A DNA stretch of 64,000 nt. It comes from a virus (taxonomy: Duplodnaviria; Caudoviricetes). The notes under the pieces are model-generated. The model saw only the letters and a program-made list of their open reading frames with translations, searched no databases and was not told the origin of the DNA. The stretch covers positions 11,874 through 75,873 of IMG/VR virus record IMGVR_UViG_2974664081_000001; one strand, given 5' to 3'. The position numbers and the translations under genes were made by a program. Below, piece by piece: positions 28,859 through 38,800 of this stretch. Within the stretch, counting starts at the first letter, position 1. Each line of letters starts with the position of its first letter.

Positions 28859-29317
28859 ATGCAAATCACCCTGAACCAAGTTGAGATCGAAGCCGCCCTC
28901 AAGGCCTACATCCTCAACCAGATCAACATCAACGATGGCATGGAGATCGTGATCGACCTCAAGGCCACTCGTGGTGAAGCTGGTACTACTGCGATCATCG
29001 ACATCGTGCCTCGCACCGAACAGAAAGCTGAAGTGGTGAAACCCGCTGCCAGCCGTACCGTCACTGCTCAGGCGAAGGAAGTGGTCAAAGAGAAGCCAGC
29101 GGCTGTAGCAACCACTTCGATGGCACAGGTGGTAGAAGAAGCCCAAGCTTCCGAACCAGAAGAACCAGAAACCTCGGCAGAGGAAGCTGGTCAGGAAGCA
29201 GCAGCACAAGCTGAAGCTGAATCGGCTGATGCCGAGGAAGCAGAAGAAGCTGCTCCTGCTGTTGCCAGTGCCCGTCCTTCGCTGTTCGCTGGCCTGAACC
29301 GTCCGAAGAACAGCTAA
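28859..29317 (+). CDS. hypothetical protein with Ala/Glu-rich tail
   Basis: MQITLNQVEIE start, SLF end; N4-like synteny. Confidence 0.8.
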   Translation: MQITLNQVEIEAALKAYILNQININDGMEIVIDLKATRGEAGTTAIIDIVPRTEQKAEVVKPAASRTVTAQAKEVVKEKPAAVATTSMAQVVEEAQASEPEEPETSAEEAGQEAAAQAEAESADAEEAEEAAPAVASARPSLFAGLNRPKNS

Positions 29318-29493
29318 TGCTGCTCCGAATCCTGCTACTGGGGTTCGGGCTATTGGTGGCTGTCTGGGCTATCCAGGCAGCCATTGTTGCAGCAGCCCCA
29401 GCTATAGCAGTGGTCATAGTTGTGGCATTGGTTCTGTTGGTTCTTTGGTGGACTGACTATCCGAATGACGGAAACAAAAAGCCCCCTGAGTAG
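29317..29493 (+). CDS. small two-TM membrane protein (58 aa, below ORF-track cutoff)
   Basis: TAATG coupling; MLLRILLLGFGLLVAVWAIQAAIVAAAPAIAVVIVVALVLLVLWWTDYPNDGNKKPPE. Confidence 0.65.
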   Translation: MLLRILLLGFGLLVAVWAIQAAIVAAAPAIAVVIVVALVLLVLWWTDYPNDGNKKPPE

Positions 29494-29503
29494 GGGGCTT
29501 TTC
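29476..29503. terminator. bidirectional terminator between convergent middle and late regions
   Basis: aaaaagccccct-gagt-agggggcttttc. Confidence 0.85.
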
Positions 29504-29507
29504 TATT

Positions 29508-29582
29508 TGGCTGGCAAGCTTGGGATCGAACCAAGGACCGCTCGGTTAACAGCCGAGTGCTCTACCGCTGAGCTACATGCCA
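29508..29582 (-). tRNA. tRNA-Asn(GTT)
   Basis: Cloverleaf, anticodon arm CTCGG-CTGTTAA-CCGAG, TTCGATC T loop, encoded CCA. Confidence 0.93.
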
Positions 29583-29588
29583 AGAAAG

Positions 29589-29665
29589 TGGCGATTCCAA
29601 CGGGACTTGAACCCGTGACCTCCCGCGTGACAGGCGGGCATTCTGACCAGCTGAACTATGGAATC
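29589..29665 (-). tRNA. tRNA-Asp(GTC)
   Basis: Cloverleaf, CCCGC-CTGTCAC-GCGGG, encoded CCA. Confidence 0.93.
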
Positions 29666-29666
29666 G

Positions 29667-29741
29667 TGGAAGAGGAAGAAGGGATCGAACCTTCGAATGT
29701 GGGGATCAAAACCCCATGCCTTACCACTTGGCTATTCCTCT
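29667..29741 (-). tRNA. tRNA-Gln(TTG)
   Basis: Cloverleaf, TGGGG-TTTTGAT-CCCCA, encoded CCA. Confidence 0.93.
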
Positions 29742-29819
29742 AAAACCCCCCAACGGCAGAGCTTACGTTCCTGAGGCGCAAGCCCTACAGCTGAGGGGAA
29801 CCTCGCAGAGGCAGGGGCA

Positions 29820-29848
29820 AGATTAGAATCATCTTGTACCTGCGTCAA
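29820..29848 (-). promoter_or_regulatory. sigma70-like promoter for the tRNA cluster
   Basis: TTGACG-17 nt-TAATCT on the minus strand. Confidence 0.55.
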
Positions 29849-29852
29849 CCAC

Positions 29853-32800
29853 TTATTGAACCAAGTTAGCCCATGGGTTCAACTCTGGTGCCCGGAGTCC
29901 TTGGCCCGGTCCCATCGAGTAATCCAACGAACCATCCAGCAACTTGCTCACCACGTTGTCTTCCGTAGGCAAACCCACCGAGCCAAACAGAGTTGGTGCT
30001 GGAGCCAAGGTAGCCAACAGGGTATGTACCGGGTTGTTTCGGATCATCGAAGCGGCCACTTTCACCGAACGGATCTTGAAGTTGTAGAACCACAGCAGAC
30101 CGAGGTTTTCCAAGGTGCCACGGAAGCGGCCACTCAAACGGTCATAGTTCACAAACTCTTCCGACACTCGACCCAGTGCGTACTTACGGTCCTTCTTCTG
30201 CCGCTGAGTCAGGTCATCAAACAACACAGCCTTAGCCAAGAAGTCACCGTACTCCACAGCTTTCTGGAGACCTTGGAACAAAGCAGTGTCCTTGGTGATG
30301 ATGGCGTAGCGACCCATGGTGGCAATTGGTCCGGGCAGCTTGCTGACCAGACTTTCCACATAGGCTTGCAGACGGCCTTCAGTCAGTTGGATTTCCGAGC
30401 GAGTCAGGCCTGCATCCGAGATCGAACTGAACTCACCGGCTTCGATCAGTGGCCAGATGCTCATCCGTTTGTGGGCATCGGTAATGGACTGGATTTCAGC
30501 ATTGAGTTTCCGGGTCTTGATCGGATCATCCGTGGAAGCCCGCAATTCTGCTTCAGCTTCAATCTGACGGATCCGACTCTTCACATACTGGTCCACCTCG
30601 GCTGTCTTCTTGGCCATGCCACGAACCACGTTGACCAGAGGTACACCTCGGGCAGCCAGCTGATAGACGTTCGACATCAGGTTAGACACCGGCACTACCA
30701 CCGACTTGACCACGATCAGGACTCGGGCATCCGAGACCAGATTCTTGAGCGTGGTTTCAGCATTGACGGTGTACTGGTACGCCTTGTTGCCAAACACCGA
30801 GATGGCCAGATTTTTCACCGTCTCCTGAGTTTTTGGCGACCACCGGCTGTTACCGGTCCAGGCATCTCCGATGGAAGCCGAACGGTAGCCCAAGGCATCG
30901 TTCAGCATGTCCTTGCGCACATAGAAGTCGTCACCAAACACCGACTTGATGTAGTCACGAGTATCCCGGTTGAACAGCTCAGCCGCATCCTGAAGCACTG
31001 GGTCAGACGAGGCGAAGACGTTCACATACTGGGCTTGGTTCGCCTTGGATGCTTTCAGATCTTTGTCGTACATGGCCTTGAGGTTGTCGATCAACCGCTC
31101 GTTGAACTTCTGCGAGCTGGCCTCTTCCACCTGACGGCCACGCCATTGACCGATCATCTTGGCCAGATGGTTCTCCCCTTGGATCCGCTCAAGCATTACC
31201 GGATCGAGGCTGCGTTCAAAGGCCACTACCTCACCCGCAGGGTTGTAGACCGGCAGCAGGTTTTCCCGATTGGATCGCTCATTGGCGATGGCCTTGGCAA
31301 TCTTCTTGACCGTGGCCTCCTCAGTGATGCGACCAGCATTGGGAGCCAAGGAGTATCCGGTAGTGGCATCTACGCCGGAGGCAGTCTGCCGGGCATTCTG
31401 CATGATGCCTTGCTCATAGCCTGCACGAGCAGCAGCCGGGGCGTAGTAGTAGGACTTGTTGCCCTTGCCACGGTCCAGATTGCTGCCCCCATATTCCTGC
31501 ACCCGAACGTAGGACTGAGCAGCCAGCTTGGCAAACTCAGTGTCATCGGCTACCAGCATGGACACGCCTTCCTGCTGGGCAGAAGGAATGTAACCCTTGA
31601 AGTGGTTCACCTGAGTGGCCGGACTGTTCACCTTCCGTTGTTCATCAACACGCTGGCCCAACAGGTAGGACAGGGTGAAGCCGATCCCATCACCTTCGGT
31701 CTGAACCAAGGAAGACAACGTATCCATGTGGCCCGGCTCCAGTTGCTTGAGGGCATACATGGTTACCAGCTGGTCCACACCCTTGACGAAAGTGTCGCCT
31801 TTGGTGGCCCAGTCTTTCTGCTTGGACTCGCCAAACAGTTGGGAGACGGCATAAGCGTTACGCAGCAGGTTGGTGCCCGGATCACTGGTCAGCATGTAGT
31901 TGGCCAGTTGGTTCGCTTTGCGTTGCAACAGTTTCCAGTGAGCAGGATCCTCGTTCTGAAGGAACGATTCCAAGGTAGCAATGTTGCTGTCCAGCTTTTT
32001 GCTGTCAGTGATCATCTCGTTGATCTGTTTCTGGGTGAAGGCATCACGCAGAACTGCCAGATCTGTCTTACCCATCGACATATGCAGACTGCTCCACTCT
32101 TGGGCAGTCAGTTGACGGGAGAACTTCTCGGCAATCAGAGATGGCAGATGTTCACGGAATTGCTGGCGAGTTTGCTGAACCACGGAGCGAACTCCTTTGA
32201 TCATGTCGTAAACCGAAGCGTTGTTCTTGGTTCGACCAATCAGGTCATTCACCAGCGTGTGCAAAGGCTCCCAGACTTTCATCCGGTTCATTGCCGTCAT
32301 CACACCCTGCGACACAATCTGACCCGACTGCTCATTGATCACAGCACCGATGCCTGCACCGAAACCAGTCACCATACGGGTAACCTTGTTGGCACCAGCC
32401 TTGCGAGCTTTGGAGTCTGCATCCAGCAGTCTCTGCGAAAGGCTGGTCATACCGTCCACCACGATCTCGTTGGCTCGGTCAATGTACCCACCCGATTTCG
32501 AAGCCATCTGATCGATGAAGGTTTCCCGGTCCTGCACCTGCTTACCGATGTGAGCGTTCAGGGCGTCAATTGCCTGTTCCACGTTGGCCGCTTTTTTAAT
32601 GCCTGCCATTCGATCCGTCAGGGCATCCATCACCTGATTGCCTGCGTTTTCCAGCACGGCATCCAGAGTACCTTCTTGGTTCCGCTCGGTACGCGGCAAC
32701 TCCATTTTCTGGAGCACAGCCCGGAATTCATCATTGACCGTGGCCAGAGCCAAGAAGCTCGGCAGCAAGGTCGAACGACCATGAATGTCCATCTCGGTCA

Positions 32801-35800
32801 GGTAGTTACCCATGATCGAGTTGTACTTCTCTTGGGCGTAGTACCGGTCTGCCGGGTTCTGACTGTCAGGGTTGGCCATGAAGTCTTCCACGGACAGATT
32901 CTTCACCACATGACTGTAGAGCTTCTGGGCAGCAGCCATGCTGTTCGGATCGATACGAGCCTCGGTGGCCAATGCCGTCACGATGTTGCTGAAGGTAGAA
33001 GCCTGCTGCATATTCATCGGGAAGCCATGAGCCATCATCGATTGACCAATCCGGTAGCTGGTCATGATCGCTTCAGACACCGAAGTCGAGGCCATCGGCT
33101 TACCGGGAACCAATGGTTCTCCAAGGTAACGGCCTACAGCATTGGCAAAGGCCTCGGAAACACGAGACAAGCGTTCATCCACTCCATAGATGGAGTTCTG
33201 GAACAAGGTGCTCGCCTTGTGACGGGCACGGCCCGTTGGCTGCGAGTACATCAGCATCGAGCTGTTGAACAACAGGTTGCTGAACATGTCCTGCCCTTTG
33301 GCCGGGGCATTACGACGACCTCGGAAGAACATCGACTTGATCGCATCAAAGATGCTACCGGCAATCTGAGCCAGTTTGCTGGCCTTGGTGCGTTTACCCA
33401 GGCTGATCAGCGAACGGTTGGTCAGACCCCAAGCCATGAACTCGTTCAAAGCCGCAGCCTTGTTTTGCGGGTTTGGCTTGTTCAGGTAACCCCGAATGGT
33501 ATTGGCAGCATCGCTGTAAGCTTGGCTGACCTCTGCACTCACTTGGTTCAGTTCCAGATTCAGGAACTGGTCCATGAGGGCTTCGATTCGAGCCACAGCC
33601 AGACCACCTTGAGGGTTGTTGCGGGAGAACTCGGGATCACTGTAGTGGCCCAGCACAGTCTCAAAGGTCGAGGCATGCACCAATTCGTGGATCAGGGTTT
33701 CCGAGGTTGGGTTGATCAGGTAGATCGTCTGATCCCCCACCGTGGTGAAGCCCTTCACATCCCCGCCCGGCATTTCCGGCAAAGTGTGTCCTTGGTTCTG
33801 GGCGTAAGCAGCAATCTGCTTGGCCGAACCGTAGACCACCTTGTAAGCCTTGGCTGCCAGCGAATCATTGATCTGCTTGAGCACTTCAGCCTGCTCAGCA
33901 GGCAGGTTCACAGCCTGAGCCAAGGATCCCAAATCCGCAGCATTCAGCAGGTAGGCTCCAGATTCGTCTTGAGTCGAGAGGGCTTTAATCTCGGAACCAA
34001 TGGCCTCATTGGTGTCCTGTTCCTGCGTGATCTTATTCAGGGCTTCGGTGTACATCACGTTCAGTTGATCGGCCAAACCTTCGGCATCAGTACCGGACAG
34101 GAACACTTGGCCTTCTCGGACATACGGACTGGAGGCAGCAGCCATCTGGTCAATGGACAGCGAGACTTGGCTCATCACTTGGTGACGGGCCTCGATTTGC
34201 TGCTGAGCACTGTTCAGGTTGTTGGTCAGGTCCCGCATGGCTTCCCGGATCTCGTCAAGGGAAGCTTCCGAGTTGTTCAGACCAAACAAGGCACGGGACA
34301 GCTGCTGCTGGGTAGCAGCAGGGAATTTGCTGAGGTCAGCATTCTCCATGAACTGGCTGTAGCTGTCGTAAACGGCTTTGAGTGGGTTGCCCATCCAGCT
34401 GTCATAGACCGCTTGGTTGGCCACTTCCGAACCGGACTCGATCTGATCCAGAGGCATGTTCATACCGTCGAAGATCTTCAAGGTGCCAGTCGGAGCGTTA
34501 TCGGCCACGGAGATGTTCTGCATCATCTGGCCGTCACCGGCACCGATGTTCATGAACGGAATACCCGCTACACCCGAATCAGCTGGACCATTTACAAAGG
34601 CAGGGGTACGGAACTGACCGTTGAGGGCATGACCAAAGTTGGTCGAAGCCACATCGACTGCCTGAGAACCCGAGATGAAGAAGGTTTGAGTACCGGTCTT
34701 CACAAACGGAGCCAAGTGCTCCAGCTTCTTGTAGATGTCACGGAGTTCTTTGGTGGTCAGGAAGTCACCTTCACGCCAGCCTTCAGTTTGACGCTTCTTG
34801 TTCAGCTCGGCTTCGACTTGGGTACGGAAAGCATTTTCCAGAACAATCGACTGCACCTGAGTAGCTTGCCGCAGCAGCTCAGCAGTACGGGTCAACGGAG
34901 CACCGACCGTCTCTTCAATGGCTTGACGCATTGGGTTGACGAACATGTGCAGCATGTTGGACTGGATGTTGCGCAACTCACCTTCAGTGAAGGTGAACGT
35001 CTTTGGATCGTATTTGACTTTACGGTCAGACTCAGTGGTTTTGAACTTAAGATTACCGTCCTTGTCCACCGAAGCTTGAGTCGAGATCAGCCGTTGCAAA
35101 GCAGCAGCTGCCTTGTCCGGCAGGCGGCCACCGTTCTGAGCAATATCGGACATCCGCTCATAGACAGCATCGGTCACTGCCTTGGTCATCTTCCCGGCGA
35201 TACCCGCTGCACCCGAACCATAGATGGTAATGGTCAGGGGGTTCTTGGCGATGCCTCGTTGCAACGTGAGATTGCCTTCCTCGTCCAGAGTCAGGTCACC
35301 CCCCAAGAACTCGTCCATCAGGTTGAACAGATGTTTCAGCTGTTCATTGCCTTGTGGGTTCCCAGACAGCGATTGACGTAGGGATTCCAGATTGTCTTGC
35401 AGACGATCCGTAGTGGCCTGATAGAGGTCACGCTTGTCCTCACCTTCGTTGTAGCTGTTGACGGTTTCGCCCGGACGGTTGAAGTACAGGCCACCCTTGG
35501 CAATGTTGCGGATCCACTGCGGAGTGAACTGACCTGTGGTGAACAGCACCATGGCATTGATCGGACCATTGGTTACCCCGTCCGCTTCCAGATACAGCGA
35601 GGTATCGAAACTGGCTTTCCCAGCATCATCAGCCTGCACATAGCGAGCATATTCCATCAGGGCATGCAGACCCATGGGCGACAGGTCAGCATCAGCCGCC
35701 TTGAAGTCCTGAACCAAGCCCTCTACCAACTCATCCGGCAACATGGCCGAAGGTTGAGTAGTTTCGGAGATATCAAAGCGAGATACCCAGTCTTGCAGAC

Positions 35801-38800
35801 GCTGCACCGAAGGAGCCAGACCACCTTCCAACATGCCTTTCAGCTTGTTCGAAACGTTCTCGAAGGACATCTTGTGAACTTTGATGCCCAGCAACTGAGC
35901 CATGCCCAGAGTAAAGCGACGGTAGTCTTGGCCGTTCTGATTCGACAGATCCAGTGTGGAGCGAGTTGGCAGAATGGCTTCCCGGACCAGCTTGTTGGCT
36001 TGCGGGTTGTATTTGCCCAGCATCTGCAAACGAGCCACTCGGGTCATGTTGAACTGGTAGTGGATCGGCGTCTGATCCAAGGCAGTACCGGCTTTTTTAC
36101 CGATGTTGCCCACTTCTGCCAGCAGACCTTGCAGCTCGTTGAACGCTGCCACAGTGCCACGGTTCACGCCATCCAGCGACTTGGCATGGTTGACGTTCAT
36201 CTGCTCAGGATCGAACGAGCCAGCTGCAAACAGCTTGAGGACGTTGTCCACCCCCAGTGCCGAGTAGAAGCCCGCCATCTGTGGATTCACAAAGTACGGC
36301 GTGTTCTGCTCGTTCTCGATGGCCTGCAATTGCTGCTCAGTGTTCTGAACCAACGGATTCCGCAACTGGGTCTTGGCCACTGGAGGTCGTGCATTTTGCC
36401 CGATATAGCGAATCCCTTCCGGCTCGACCATCACGGCTTGTTCAATGGCCGAAGGGAATTCCCGGAGAGGCGAATCCATGGGCAGTTCCACTGGTAGCAG
36501 ACGGTCAATGGTCTTGGCGTCTTTCGGCGGCTTGACCTCACCTTTGACGTATTCGACCAGCTGGGCATTCTGCACATAGAACGACTTCTCAGTGAGCAGA
36601 CCGTTGTCACGGAACACTCGCAGCAGTTCAGCTGCCATGGCTTCCGGGATACCTTCTTGCTGGCCAATCAGACCATTGCTGTCTGGCACCACACCCCAGT
36701 AGCTCTGGATTTTCGAGGCCAGTGTCCGCTTGGCTTCGACCACACTCATCCCTTGGTTCATCTGGTCAACCATCGCTTCCGACACCAGATCCGGGTTCAG
36801 ACCGGTGATGGAAGCCACATCTTTGGCGTCAAGGACCGAACCAAACTGATCAGCCGTCAGCATCCACTGAAGACCGGCCAGTACCGAAGTCTCAGCCAGT
36901 TCAGGGTTGTACACCAGCGTATCGCCATCCTGTTGAGTCAGGCTCAGAGCCTTGCCCTGCACAGTCGAAGGCAGATCGGAACCTTTCAGCATCTTACCGT
37001 TTTGTTGACGAACTTCACCGTCAGTCAGCAGCAGTTCCAGCATAGTCCGTTTTTCGGTCTTGCTGTACGGACGATTCAGGTAAGCCTGAAGGTTCTCGTT
37101 CAGTTCGCCAACAATCTGTTCACCTGTGCTGAGGTAGCCTTGGTAGGCAGTTGCAATCTCTTTGGTGTAGTCATGGGCCAACGACTTACCCATGTAACGG
37201 GTCAGACTGGCCGAGTCCTTCAAAGCTGCAACCACCGATGCCATTGGCGTCTCATCGCCTACAGTTCGGGTAAGCTGGTTATCAGGCAAGGTGAAAGCCT
37301 TGCTGAACTGGGAACCAATGAGATCCGGGTAAACGGCCTGCAGCCCTTTGAGTTCACGGACTGGGGCCTCCGGTTCGGGAGTTGGGGCAGGAGCTTCTGC
37401 CACTGGCTCCGAAACCTTTTCCTCTACCACGGTCGAAGTTGGTACTTGGGATGGCGTAGCCTCTACCGAAGGCGCAGGCTGAGTTACAGCCGGTGCAGCA
37501 GGAGTTTCTTCGACAGTAGGGGCAGCCGTAGGCGCTGGAGGTTGGGCTGGAGTACGGTAGGCAGCTACCACATCCTTAGCCGGACGGTTCAGCGAATCAT
37601 TAAGCGGAGTACCAACAATATGCTGAGCATCAAGATTCGGGAAAGCGGACACCATTCCGTTGTAAACGTCAGTCAGGACCTTGGTTTCAAGGGCCACAGT
37701 CTGAGCAAACTTTACAGAATTCTCGTTCCCTGGATGAACCTTCAGTCCCGCCTTGCTGGTAAACCACTCCCCGTTCGGGCCGAGAGCCTCATAGTGGACA
37801 GCCTCACTTGCCGGGTTCCCCGAAGCAAAGTGAGTGTTCAAGGCAGCAACCTTGTTCTGCATGCTGTTGACGAACTCGGACATCTGGAACAGGCGGCTAC
37901 GTGCGAGATCAAAGTTGCCCGCCTTCCACGCCGACATGATGCCTTGGGCATGTTGCAACGCCGATTTCCCTTTCTTACCGTATTCTGTCTTGACGTTGCG
38001 GCTTACCTGAGCCGATGCCGAGTCCTGTCCAAGACGAAGCGCTTCCTCATCGGCTGCTTTGGCCGCCCGAAGTAAGGCTACCGAAGTGTCCAAGGCTGCT
38101 TTCTGTTCAGGGGTTACCTGAATGCGGCCTTGAGAGACTTGATACAGAATTTGTTCGTTCTGTTCCAGATTACCCTTGTCCGGGGCAATCGCTGCCACAG
38201 TAACAGCATCCCGGATGGCTTCTTGCCCAGCAGGAGTTGCCAAAGACTCTTCCGTCACTGGAGCTACAGGCTGAGCTGCACGATTGGCGATGGCCTGTTG
38301 AACGGTGTTCAAGGCCTTCAGTACTTTAGGGCTGGAACCAATGGAATCCATCAGTGCCCCGTACTGATTGATGATCTGGGCTGCTTGGTGATCACCGGGG
38401 ATCTGGTTCAGCAGCTCAGGATCAGCTTCCAGCAAGCGGGCGTAAGGTTCCAGTAGCTCGAACATTTCCAGACCGGCAGACAACTCTTCTCGGCTGCCTT
38501 CTTCGGCCTTGACCACCACATCCGACAGACGCTGAATGGCTTCCACCCGGTTGGTCGCACCTTCTACCACCGGAGCCATGGATGCTCTAACTTCGCCCGA
38601 ATCAAACTGACTGGCAGTCAACAGGCTGTCAGCGTACTGCTGAACTTGCGCTTTTTGTTCCGGCGTACCTTCCAGACTGTCAATGGCTTCCTGAATGATT
38701 GGAGCCGCTTGTGGTGCAGTGGTTTGGGCTTCAGCAGCCGCTTGGGCTACAGCTTGATCCGAGATTGGGGAAGCAGCCGCATTGGCTTCTTGGATCGCAT

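Noticed and set aside
29420-29743. 107-aa + strand ORF
   Set aside because: It is the antisense read of the three tRNA genes
29856-35381. 1841-aa + strand ORF antisense to vRNAP, and other long antisense ORFs (958-2610, 12856-14931, 20561-22432, 24898-26817, 43012-44832)
   Set aside because: Codon-register shadows of real genes that avoid TTA/CTA/TCA codons; no motifs or RBS, unnatural composition
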